Source: Raillietiella orientalis
Lineage: Eukaryota
Direction of reading: 5' to 3'
Assembly (NCBI GenBank): GCA_036172245.1
Contig: JAYWIR010000001.1
Span: forward strand, 7,564,001 to 7,628,000
DNA length: 64,000 nucleotides
This document shows, one piece after another, positions 12,393 to 24,400 of the stretch (positions are counted from its first letter, which is position 1; every line of letters begins with the position of its first letter). The notes beneath the pieces are model-generated. The model saw nothing but the letters and a program-made list of their open reading frames with translations. It did no database searches and had not been told where the DNA came from. Made by a program: the position numbers and the translations under genes.

Positions 12393-12600
12393 AAGAGGGA
12401 GGTCTGCTGGAAACGGTTTGCGCACGCGCGCGACCCACTGACCGGACTGAGGCGGAAGTGCGACGCTTCCCAACCAGACGCAAGGGCACCAGCTCACCTG
12501 GATTGGTCGAGGAGCTGCTGAGGTATATCAGCATGCAGGTGACGGCGCACAGAGCCACGACGGGCATCAGCTTGCACCACTTCCACAGCACCACCGCCAT
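9114..12600 (-). CDS. Star: Protein Star-like, type II membrane protein with FkbM (Methyltransf_21) fold; exons 12600-12498, 12348-12244, 11858-11689, 11574-11380, 10019-9813, 9296-9114 (~320 aa)
   Basis: GT-AG boundaries and phases consistent; N-terminal hydrophobic anchor; motifs FFVECGALDGETRSNTLYFEKHLNWSGLLIEAD, QCFPL, VDYFSLDVEGAEFDVLQTIPF, VLSVEY, NDFIFV. Exon 2 is less certain; orthology to Star versus a paralog is not tested. Confidence 0.88.
12363..12397. repeat. (GA)n microsatellite; (CT)n polypyrimidine tract for Star exon 2 on the minus strand
   Basis: Direct inspection. Confidence 0.85.
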
Positions 12601-14353
12601 GTTCCTGTGATCTGCCACGCAGCCCTGAGACTGCTCTCCTGCCGCATATCTTTGGAAATTTATGATTGGGGAGAGATAACGATGCGTGTGTGCACTGCCG
12701 GCGGACGCGTCAAGAAAAGTTCCAGCGTTCCTCGAAAACAATGGGATGACCCCGCCAAGCCGGCACGGAAAACCAGGCATGCGCTGGCAAGGTTGGAATG
12801 AGGACCAGCGCCGCGTTGAACTGCGCCCGCCGATCTTCGGAACGGCTCTCCGCCACGGGCTCTTTCAGCCCTTATCTTCCCTCCCTTTCTCGCTTCCACC
12901 TCAGTCTTCCCTCCTCCGACCCCTGGACCCTTGAGCAACGTGATCCGAGATTTCCCTCAGCTCCACATGAATGCCGGGGTGAGTCCCGAGGGAGAGTCTC
13001 AAGCAGCGCGTCCCGGCTTCGCGCGCCTGCGGGAACCTCATGTGTACTTGCGACGGTGCGAGGGGGACCAGCGTGTGAGAGAACCCTGCGCAGCGCGTGC
13101 AAAGGCGAAGGGAGAGGCACGACTGCACTGCATGTCCATATGTTCCGAACATTGTTCCTTCCCTGCGGCAAGGCGTGGAACGCGCGCAAGTGTCGAGTAC
13201 TCCGGACGTTCCGGGTAATCCCTCCGGTGTGTGCCAGCCGAACCGCCCGCTTCCCGGAAGACAGACGCAAGCGCGAACGTGCGCTTCCACCCGAGCGTGG
13301 GGCTCTCCACCTCTCCTGTTGATTTTTCCTGGAGATTTTTGACCTGCGCTGGGGAGATGAGCTCAAGGTCAAACGCAGCAATGAACTTTACTCTTCCATG
13401 CCTCCGGCTGTTGCCTGGAATCGTCTCCGCATGCTTTCTTTTCGGAGCAGCGCCGGCGGCCGTTACCATGGCGACGACGACTGCAGGTGAAAGCGCTACG
13501 GAGGTTGTCGATCGTTCAGGGTGTATCTCGTGGTTTTCCCATTCGCCCAGGAGCACTCCATCTGAAAATGTGGAGGAAAATGAGGACGAGGAGTGGATGG
13601 GTCCGCTACTCAAACGCGTGTCCGAGGCCTCTGAGGGGAAGCTCTGTAATGATACCAGGGAACAATGTGGTCTAAGAGCGAAGCCGCTTGTCCCAGTCTC
13701 CCTCGGCAACCTGACAGTAAGACGGAAGCGGCTGCCACCTGAAGGCAGGGTGCGGCGCCGGTGGGCGGTGTCCTTTCAGAGTGATCCGACCTCTGGATGG
13801 CGAGAATGGTGCAGCTTCCTTCCGCCTAGAAGAGGACCCTCGCATCGAACGGGTGCTCTTCGCGGTCTCTTCTGTAGAAGAGGTCGGTCCCCACTCCCGC
13901 TCGTGCTGCCGCCTCCTCGGCGGTTGCGTCTCCATGGTGAAGATTCTCCGGAGACGACTCGACCGTCCCCGAGAAAGGGAATTCGGGAACCAGTTCCTGC
14001 GTTTGCATTCCACCATTCCACTCTCCTTTCCCCCCCCTTCCTTCCCTCCCCCTCCTCAAGAGACCTCCAAGACGACGCGATAGGAAGGATCTCTCCCCGG
14101 CTAGTTTGCCCCTCCTCTTCCTTCTTTCTCGGATCGGAAATGGCAGGAGAAACCATCTTGCAGTTCATTACCAAATGGGTACCCGAGAGGTCATTTCAGC
14201 TGCCACTTCGGTTGCGATCGCTGCTAGAGTCCTGATCCGGAGCTCCTGGTCCTTCCCCTTCCTCCTGCTCCCAAGAGAATCGTGGAACACGAAAACAAGC
14301 AGGAGTAACCTCACCCTCCGCCCCGATGATATGCTTCCTCCGAGACTGGATGC

Positions 14354-15700
14354 TACCCGGATGCGCCGGGGCGTTTATTTAATGTAAAAATGAACATCTA
14401 CAATTTGAATTGAACGTGATTGCACCGGTGGTCCAACCAAGTTCATTCCAAATGAAACACTTGCCGTGCTACCGGTACGCAGAGGGGCGAGGTGCTCCAT
14501 GGCAGCAGAGGGGAGGGAGCAAACAAAAGGAAAAAAAGAAACAAAAATAAAAAATGAATAAATTTCGGGGTGTTTGGTAAGGGATCACAGTCTGTTGGGG
14601 AGCATCCTGTCGAGATGCCGGCAAGTTCATTTCCCATACTTTCCAGGTGGGTCCATCTCGTTGCCATCCTCATGAAGCGGACGGCGAAGTGGATGTGGCA
14701 CCCCTGTCGCTTGGTCCTCCTCTTGCGTCTCTTCAGGCTGCCACAATCCTGAGGAGGCAGCAGGCGAGGCTGCTGGCCGATGGGCGTCGCATAGGAAGAG
14801 GGATCTGACAGCGTCCCTAGGGGGGTCACCTCAGGGAGTTCCTTGGATCGTGGCAAAGAGTTCCCAGAGGGGCCGGAGGGCAACAACACGATTCACAAGC
14901 AGGTGCGGGAGGGATCCGCGCTCCCTGCATCTGCCACAGTTCGGGTTCATACACTCCCGCCCAGTGATGCCGGTGGGCGTTCCACGGGAGACCCCGATGC
15001 AGCAGCAGCAACGCCGACTCCTGCCACTTTAATGGGATGTATCTTTTCAAGAGCACTGGGGTCCACTGAAGGTCTTCCCTCGGAATGTCCGCTAGCTCGA
15101 CCCAGCTCGGAAGCCCTCTAGATGGGGCATTTGGGGTCGCAGCGTCCATGAGCTGGCCCGTCGTCCACTCAGTCTTTTTGTGCTTGTGGAGATCACGGAA
15201 ACCTCCCATCTGGCCAAAAGTCTGCTGTCCATGTGCTCCTTCAGGGAAGACAGTACTGCAGCAAGGAAGATTCTTCCTGCCCACTTCTCCGAGACCGGAG
15301 GAGCTTCCTGATGATCATACCATATCAAAGATCCTGATGAAGTGTGATTTCCGAGGATGCGGGCGAGGTTCCGATGACTCTTGGACCCTCAGCAGCAACT
15401 GGCGCCGCTCCGCTCCCTTCGTTACCGTTCCGCGCTCGCCCAGCCCTCCGAGAGAGCAGAGCGGTTGTCCAGATGGCCTCCAGGGAAGCAGGGGGAACGG
15501 GGGTTAGTGATGGCCTGCGGTGCTATGTCGATGAAGCCCTGCGAGCTTCCCGGATCGCGAAGCAGATGATCGGATGTGGATTCCTCAAGAGACGTGGACC
15601 TGATGCGGTGACTCCGATGCAGCGTTGCTGCTGCCAGAAGTGAATCTCCGGCGTGCACTAAGGAGGACGATGGACAGCATGAGGGAAGCACAAGGTAAAA
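14354..15700 (-). mobile_element. Tx1 copy G: 5'-truncated ORF2 3' end and 3' UTR
   Basis: WTTGQLMDAATP...PLKWQESALLLLHRGLPWNAHRHHW; UTR with CTGCGT (14477-14482) and terminal motif at 14354-14379. The 5' limit is approximate. Confidence 0.85.
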
Positions 15701-15828
15701 GACATGCCGAACCGAAGCTCGCAGAGGAGCGACGGACAAACACGTGCGCAGGGCGAGCATGCGTTTGTGTCGTGGCACACGAACACGCATTTTACTGAAA
15801 GCCTTCGCCCACCTGAACAGGTTGGCGC

Positions 15829-16032
15829 AGGTCAGTTAGGTGGATTATGAGTCGGGGAAGGTTATGTTTGGTGAAGCTAGGTCAGGTCAGGCTAGGTGGA
15901 GCTGAGTGGTTCATCAGTTGTGGTAGGTTGCGCTTCGTTTAGTTGGCTAGATGGGGTGTGTTGGGATAAGTATGTGGGCTGGTTCAGTGGGATGTGCTGG
16001 GTTAGATGAAGTCAGTTCAGTATGCTAGTTGG
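15829..16032 (+). repeat. Degenerate 5-bp-periodic G/T-rich repeat, (TTAGG/TCAGG)-like
   Basis: aggtc agtta gg...aggtt atgtt tggtg aagct aggtc aggtc aggct aggtg; strong G-over-C skew. Confidence 0.65.
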
Positions 16033-16039
16033 CGCGCGT

Positions 16040-18470
16040 TGGGGCAAGTAGGTGATTTCCAAGTTGTGAGATGGCGGCAATGCGCCGCAGGAGCTTCATC
16101 ATTTCAGGAGTCACACCTTTCTTGGCTGATTTTCCGTTCACTTTGCTTTGCATCTTTGTCAATGGACGAAGGATTCACAATGAAATCCGTCAACACACTG
16201 TACGGCACGGAAAGTGCAATAACGAGGTAACTTTGTAAACTGGACACTGTAATATGATGGAGACCGAATTCCTTCTCGGCAAATGCAGCTGATTCCGTTT
16301 TCAAAACTTCAACCAACCAAAGAACCACGGTGATGTTTACTACGAGTAATTCTCGGTGCATCACCCTGACAACAGGAAAGCATTCTGGCTGCTTGGCCCG
16401 ACCCGAATCCATTCTAAGGGCTCCCTTAGTTTCTTCGACGATCCACACCGGTATTTCTGGCATGTATCTCTGGAACTCTGGATGTTTTGGCGGGTCATCC
16501 CCTTCCGCATTTCTTTTTCTTCTTTTTTTCTCCTCAGCACCTTCAACACCTTCCCGTTCGTCAGATCTCATCGTTTCAACGATCCTACGACGATCACCTT
16601 CAGGGTACTGGGGAGTGTCACCCTGTCAAAGATGCTCGAGAGCGCCTAAAGGCAGCTGCGGTCCCAAGCGCTCTCTCCTGGAATCCGGAAAAGATTGGGG
16701 GAGTCACTCCTCAGCACTTACCCTCCCTCCTCCTCGCGTCATCCAGCACCTTGAAGTGCTCTTATGGGCGCACCTTGCAGGACGATGTTGGAGCTTGGGA
16801 GCCCCAAATCTGGTTTCAGCCTGGAGTGTGTTCCAGAAACGAGCTGCCTGGGAGCCACCAGTTCCATCGCTTGAGTGTAGCACCCTTATTCTTCTCAAGC
16901 ATTCCATAATGACCTTCCTCTTCTCTTACTATGTTGTTTCGTGGTAATCGTACTCTATCAAAGATCCTGATGAAGTGTGGTTTACTCTTACTATGACATA
17001 CTCTTACTATGTTGTAGGACGTAGATAGAAATATGGATACACAAAATAGCGCAAATTTGTCACTGCATCTTTCTGTTTGTTCACTTAAAGAAGGTGCGTT
17101 TTCAGGGGGGGCGCTGAGTAATTTTTCATCTGAAAAAAGGGCGAGAGGCCAAATAAGCATGGGAAGCATTGGTCTGGGCAGTCGGGGTTCTTCGGCGCAT
17201 TCAGCTTTCTGCTGTCAGTGTTTGCTCTTGGCCATCCGGGGTTTTATCATAAACATGCACAACAGGAAGTGCTTTCCTACCGGAAGCAAACAAGCTCCCT
17301 GAAGAAGGATCACCGACTCACAGGTGGGACACGCACAAGACCCAGTGCGGGAAGGAAGAGGACAATAAATAAGTAAAGTAGGGAGGGTACCGCTTTGTGG
17401 ACTGAAGGAGGAGTGTTCTAGGACAACGACGCACACTCGAATTTCACCCCTGTCCGATGACTTCGGAGGGAAGGGCGAAATCTATCGCCTGACCGTAATA
17501 GTTTTGGTCAAGGGGCCATTTGGGGTCATGGGTAGCACGTCGCGCTCCTTCATGAATATCAAGTCTTTTTTCCATGACGTTAGCGAACGAAGAACGAGAA
17601 CAAAGAACGTCCTGGAATGCAGGAAAAGAGCTACGGAGCGAACCGCATGCCTCCCACCGCATTCCAAAAGATTTCTAATTCGCAGGATGGAAGAAGGAGA
17701 ATGAGCAAAGGATATTTATCTGTTCAGATGCTTCTGTAAGCGGAACTGCATCAGACCGTCGCTCCCTGCAAGAGATCACCGACTTGAGATTCAGCCCTGC
17801 AGATCCATCGCTAAGGCTCCCTGTCTCGCAAACTTCTCATGCCTCGGTCGGAGATTCTTACTGCGTGATCCCAGATGGATATGATTTCCTATCTTATCAG
17901 TTCGGGGTAACCATAGAGGTCGGGGAACCCATTAAAACTTTTGTCAAGGAGCACAGGACGCTTGAGCGGCACCTACAGGAAGTCGGGGAAGATGAACAGG
18001 ATGACCGTGCTAGACTGAAGGATACTTTCACCGGATAAGAGCTCAAGGCCAAAAATTCGTGTCGGATGTATCTGGCGCACGCTGACCACTGTGGATCGGC
18101 GTCGCTGGAACGCCTCGTCGTCTGTTTTGGTGAATGTGTTTGTCCGTCCGCTTGGTCTTCGTCCTACCTACAAGGACGCGTCGCTTCTTTTCCTATGCTG
18201 AAATGCAGCAACAGCCATTCTCGTGGGTTGCCATGCGAGGAGCCAAACACTCAACCAATTCTCATATCCCTCGGAATCGAAATCTTGAATATCTTGTGAA
18301 CCTCGGTCTACGCAGCTTCCGAGTCAAGGGCGCATCTTCTGGTTCCTTTCGTGTGCAAATCCAATTCTGGACGAGAGGACGAGAAAACAAAAACGGTTCA
18401 TCGGCATGCCGAGATACGGAAGCGCGGGGACAGCAAGTTAGGCAGGAAGACGATCATCCGGGCAGCCGCT
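16040..18470 (-). mobile_element. Unclassified decayed element, possibly a MULE-type DNA transposon relic
   Basis: Broken minus-strand frames with HGHPVH and a SCACPTCE...GKH (SWIM-like) Cys/His cluster; no intact ORF and no TIRs found. Confidence 0.25.
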
Positions 18471-19488
18471 GAAAAATTCTTTTGACGGAAATTTTCTGCC
18501 GAAAATTTGGGTCGAAAAAACTGCTTTTCTTATGGAGTGCTGGAAAGAGTGCAGAGAAAAATACGGGAAATCTTGAGCTAGGCTTATGCATTGAAATGCA
18601 ACAGGAACATTTGCCACTGAAAATAAGATTTGCGCAATATCTGTGTAAAACAGACATGTTTAAAAAAATAACCGAAGCAAGATTTGTCATTGCAGTATCA
18701 TAAACTTACATTTAAAGAATTTTTTTTTAAATAATAAAGGCACTTCGTTGCAACGGAGCACTCATTAGTGTCAAGCATAGCATTAGCATCACGGGTCCTG
18801 GAAGAAAGAAAGAAATATGTAGTTATGCGATGCAAATCTTTTCTTGCCTGAAAAAAAATATGAGTTAATAGACGCCTTGCCAAAGTTAGGGCGAACAATT
18901 GTGTCCATAAATCCAAAATCAAATTGCATCAATAGAAGATCAAAATGCAAACAAAATCTTATGGAAACTGGTACTGAGGTTAAAAGTATTGTATCAGCTA
19001 GCATGAGATCCAAATAAATTAATAATCAAAATTAATGAACTAATTAAGCTGTCAAAAGTAACATGGTGTTGACAAGGTTGTTTAAATGCTTGTTGGCAAT
19101 GCAAGGTAAATGGTCAAATAGTGCATGATTGTTTTAACCTAAAGCAAGAATAAAGAATCTCTTGTGCAGATGATGGGCGTCTACCTTGCAAATCCATGCC
19201 ACACCTCAAACGTATGAATATGGGCAGAAACTGTGCAAAGAAATGAAATCATCTGATTAATGCTACATTCTGCTGTTATCCTTTTTTTTACATTGTTATC
19301 AAACCCCACAACTAAAAGAACTAAATGCTCTTACTTGTTTTTTGTACATAGCCTCCTAAAACATATTGTTTTTATTTTTTTCACCAGTTATGATTGATAA
19401 TTTTTGAGATTGCCAATTAGTTCAGGAAACATCTTTAAGTTCAAAATAAAAAAAAAACGCATACAGTTTAGAAAAAAAGTACTGTTTA

Positions 19489-21051
19489 TTAAATTGGCAT
19501 ACTTTCAGCAATTCCTGTACACTTTTCAAGTTTTTTCCACACTATCTAAAAATACATCATCAGAGACATCTTTCAGAATTCCGACTTACATTGCACATTT
19601 CTCTTAGAAGAGCTTTTTGGTTTTCATCCAAAGAATTATCACACTGGTTATCTTCGATGCTTTCGTGAACTTCTAAAACTTTTAAAGCTTGCACAATGCC
19701 TTCTGGTCTATTATCAGAAAAGTCTGAGTCTTCACTTGTATTCAACAACTGGAGAGTAGAATCTTGAGATTCAGGAAACTTCCATTGCTGATAATCTGAA
19801 TGATTCTGTGATAACTTGATTTTACAGTGAAAATCTTCATTGTATTCATTCAACATTTCGGAGTTTTCTGCACGTTCCAACAACTCCTCACGATCAGCAT
19901 TCTGCTTGTTATTTTCAAGTTCAACAATCTGTTGTTCCAAACTACGAACATAATGCAACACCTGCTCTGCAGAATCAGAGATATGTTATCTACCTAGATA
20001 CATAAGCATACCATTAAACAGGCTTTTATTTCTTTGGAAGTTCTCATCCAACACTGTTCCTTGTTTCACAGTTGTGTCCTCCTGAGAACAGTAATGTTTT
20101 CCTTTTCCAAAACATTCTACATCTTTATTCTGAACACAGTCTGCATCATCTTTTGGGGAAGATAAGCCACATACTTCAGCTAAACGATTTCTTTCCTCAT
20201 CCAAGTAAAGACACAGCTCCTGCCAAAGATTGACAAACTTCCATCTACTACTCACTTACTTTAATCTCCAAATTATCTTGAACAAGTTCCTGCTGCTTCA
20301 GTTCTAGTTCATGAAGCTTATTTTGATATGTTGATACCTCCTTTCTCATAAGACTGGCCGTATATCTTCCAAAACGCTGCCATTCACGAGCTAATTTCCT
20401 TCCTTTCTGTCTGTCATCATCAAGAAAACAACATAAATCACGTAACTCTTGATTGTCATTGATTAACTTTTGATTCATGTCATTGAGACTACTTAGTTCT
20501 GATGTGTACTTATTTCGCTGCTTATATAAATCATTTTTAATTACCAGATTCTCATTCAGCAATCTCTTAATTTCTCTTTCTGAAATCCTTAGCCATTGCA
20601 AAAGTTTCTGGGAATTTGCTTGTAACAAATCCTCATCACTGTGAAAATGATAACCAGGAACATAGAAAGGCAATGGATGAGAGTGTAATGCATGGTCGTT
20701 ATGGTTTAGCATATGTTCTCTTATTAATTTGACGTTTGAGTTATTCTTAACCTGATCATTAAGACGAAGATTATTCGGATGTGGTTTCACATCTCTTGAA
20801 TTTGTAAGTGCAGCATTACTAGATCTCATTTTATTTGAAGCGGATTTTTCAATTGAAGATTCCACACTTAAAAATTGTGCAAATGTATTATGCGTTGAAA
20901 CAGGGACTTGAGAAACATGCTTAAAGGTTTCAGGATTTACCATTTGATTTTTGGATTGATGCAACGTATTCTTGCCTAGCAAAGCAACCGAAGATTCAAT
21001 TTCACGCTTTGGGGCATTTTGTGAATGGTACCATAATCTTTGTGCATTCAT
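19489..21051 (-). CDS. CCDC85: Coiled-coil domain-containing protein 85 (DUF2216 family); exons 21051-20260, 20219-20012, 19966-19590, 19545-19489
   Basis: DNQELRDLCCFLDDDRQKGRKLAREWQRFGRYTA...DNLEIK|ELCLYLDEER, YVRSLE, and C-terminal LREMCN|IVWKKLE; three GT-AG introns of 40, 45 and 44 nt in consistent phase; AATAAA overlaps the stop codon. Confidence 0.95.
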
Positions 21052-21458
21052 AGTAGTTTTGTGCGCAATTCATGAATGCAAAAGTTGCATCGTGGTCTAA
21101 TGGGTTTCGGAAAGTCAACCCACAAATCATAAACTTCTTACAAACTTTGATTCATGCTTCTCTGAGTCACTGTACAATCTGCAACGCCATTCTTTATAAC
21201 CCCTTACAAAAAAACAAAAAATACGACACTGCTACAAATACCAAGGGATACCAAACTTTGACACTCAGTGTTACGCTATTCTTTGAACGTTCTTTACAAT
21301 TCTCAGACGGATTTTATCCGTATCCCGTATTCTGCGCATTGCAAAAATAAATGAATCACGTAGCATATCAACAGTCTCAGGTGTAACTTTTTTAAAAAGT
21401 GTTATAATCAACAAAGAAACGTGCCTGAATCTCATATTCAATGTAGTATTTGATATAG

Positions 21459-21466
21459 AATCGATA
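21459..21466. promoter_or_regulatory. Possible DRE motif (WATCGATW) in the divergent CCDC85/SENP upstream region
   Basis: AATCGATA about 400 bp upstream of the CCDC85 ATG; a short motif that could be chance. Confidence 0.3.
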
Positions 21467-24400
21467 TCATACATTAAACAATAAATATGAATATATGTCT
21501 AAAGTAATGAAACAAACGTCTGCGTAAGGCCATGTTTTGTCAATTTTTAACAAAGGCTTGAAACTAGACACCATCATCGCAGAGCAAGTTTAGGATGAGC
21601 TGCTTCCTGGAGCTGTTTCAAAATTAAGGAGCATAGTCAGAATTCAAAACTTATCAACGTTTGCAATCACTGAAATCTTTTCGTTAACTTATCATCGAAA
21701 TGGGAGTAATTAGTTTCATGTAATTGGTAGCATTAGTTTACGGAATGAAATATGATAATATTATTTACATTCGCTGATGAAGCAATGAAAAACATGCTTT
21801 CAATTCACAGAGTTACTGAGTGTATCAGTGGAGTGGCTGCTTCATGTTGTGAATAAGAATGCTCATAATAAGTAACATCTTTCCAGTTTTATAATCTGGT
21901 TTCCTGTTTACACAAAATTTTACACAGTTAAGAGATTAATTCCTCTTGAGTCTAAAATGAGTTTTGTGTTTTACAGATTTATTTGAAGAAATATATATAT
22001 TGTAATTACATATTTTGTCCTGAGGAAAGATTCGCCTACCTAGCTTTCTTAAATCAAAGTTAGGAAAATTAAAAGAGCTATAAACTTGCATTGCATCGTA
22101 TGAATGAGCTTATTTCGGAGTAATTTTTGGATTTCTTTGTCGAGTTCTGGAAATACTTTTTTGATCCTAGTTGGAATGTCTGTGTTTTCAATGATGGTAA
22201 TCTCGAACATTTCATTTTGAGATTAAACCATGATGGATAGTGGAAATCCAACTAAAACTTTATCAGAGTAGTTACTGTATGAAGAACAAGGGGATTTTTT
22301 CATGGATCTCATACCAAATGCAGACAAATCTCTGTAACGAAACAAGAAAACCTTCAGGTGCGTATTCCTGAATATCACTGGCATGCCATTACATTATTTC
22401 TTGATCATTATCCCACCGTAAAGTCAAAAAATAATTTGTTCCCTTTGGTTCTCTAGGTCGAAAGATATTTCAAGTTTCTTAAATGGATCTAATTGGTGCT
22501 CTGGTTGTCCAGTACACGAAAAATGAATGGGTACTAAATAAATATCTTTCACTATGCAAACGTAACCAAATGTGTAGGTGTCTTTACATCACAGATCTCG
22601 ATTTCCCTTTGAAGTTACTGAAAAACAATGGAAGAAATGAAGGAACACAATTTAAAATCCATAATGAAAATTGCTTGATAATGGAGAAAGATAGCCTTGA
22701 AATGCAATTTCAATTTCAAGATTGTCATTCGATTACGCACTTAATAAATACATGCTAGAAGGATACTATCTGGTGATTATATTATTTGAAACAGTTTCTA
22801 TAAGAAAAAAAGACTGAATTAAGACTTCATTTGTTGCATTTCTCAAGGAGGGACTTGATGATTTCAGACTGCTCGATTCCTCACAGTTGTGCATTGTGTT
22901 ACAGTAGATGTCCATTGAGCCGAGAAATAAAAAAATAAAATTCACATAAAAAGTAGCACAACAAGATAATGCAGTAATTTTTAAAGTGCATGTAACGAGG
23001 CGGTTTCGACGCTTTAGAGTTTCTACAAATTCAAATCCGCCAACATCATGGAGACATATAGCCAATTCATCCATTCAGATTTCATCATTACATTTCTTAA
23101 AATCGCTTATTTTTATACCTACAAATGCTTCCTTGTGAGCTTTTGGAACAATCTGATGCCAGGCTATTACGTTTATCCACACTGTTCTTCTCAGTCGGCT
23201 ACTTTAGTAATCATAATTCCACAAGGATTTTGAAAGGATCGTCTCAACATTTATAAATTATGGAGAAGTTGCATTCAATTTTAATCTCCATGTAAGATGT
23301 CCGTAAGAAAAAGTATTTTAATGGAAATAGTTCGTGAGGGGTGGGGGTGAGGAGGTCATGATCGGATCGTTGAAAATGCTCTTATATGGATGTAGAAATT
23401 CATAATTTAGAAGTAAGGACTTCATTATTTGGTGGAACATTGTAGATTACGAAGAATACCTATACTCATTTCGAGATTTTTTTTCCCTCACTCGAGGTTT
23501 ACTTGGATAAGAGTAATAAAAGGAGAATTCACTCAGTACCACTTTCCCTAGCAACCGAATACATTTTTTTCTATTAGTCAACAACTATTCTAACTTTTTG
23601 ATGATCATATACCAGAAAATCTTTCTTCCTAAGAATCTAGATTCATGATTGCATGAGATTGATGTGCACAGAAATCATTGTTTCAAAACTGTGGTTAGTA
23701 TAATAGAACAATAACGGACTTTTATTTGTTTTTTCTTTTTTCTTCATGAATTTCCTGAATAATTCTATTTTTAGTGCATGCAACTTGATACACTTTTCTG
23801 AGTAGAGAAAAACAGAAAATGTAGGTAACCTAAGTCTGGTAAGCCTTCCATAGAACGATTTCTTTTTCAAATTTGTGAGACTTCGAAAATTTTCAAGGTT
23901 AGGTCATTGTGTCATTGAGAAATGATTTCTTCTATTCATTTTTGTTCGATCATCTATTCATAATTGTTTTCAATCTTCCGCGTAAACTTATCATGGACTT
24001 CCATCCATCGATATCCGTCTCATCAATGCTTTCTCCCTTTTGATTCAAAGATACGCCACATATATCCGTTCATTAATTCTGAGTGAAATAATATCCAATA
24101 ACTATTAATAAGAGTTTTATTGTTGATTTTGCTCATTTTGGCAATCATTGAACAGAAAGTACTATCATGATATGTTAGTGGAAATTTTGATTCGCTTCTG
24201 TGGAGACCTGCGAGAACCGTGAGAAGCCTAATATGAATTCGGAAAGTGATAACAGTTGAAACAAAACAAATGTTATAGTTTTCCGTTCTTCCCTGTTGAA
24301 TGATTCATAGCATTCAAAACTCATTGAAAACATAATTAAAAGCATTGATTTTCATGAATGGTTACAGTAATGACGAAAAACTTTTGGAGTAATAGAGTGC

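Noticed and set aside
9114-12600. Bacterial FkbM methyltransferase (contamination or recent HGT)
   Set aside because: Five spliceosomal introns, an N-terminal membrane anchor and Star-family motifs indicate a native animal gene.
13038-14235. Long overlapping ORFs (334 aa +, 223 aa -)
   Set aside because: No recognisable domain; long ORFs are expected at this GC content.
15307-16980. Hammerhead ribozyme suggested by CTGATGA motifs (15308, 15334, 16967)
   Set aside because: No downstream stem II plus GAAA on the same strand; the nearby CGAAAC lies on the opposite strand.
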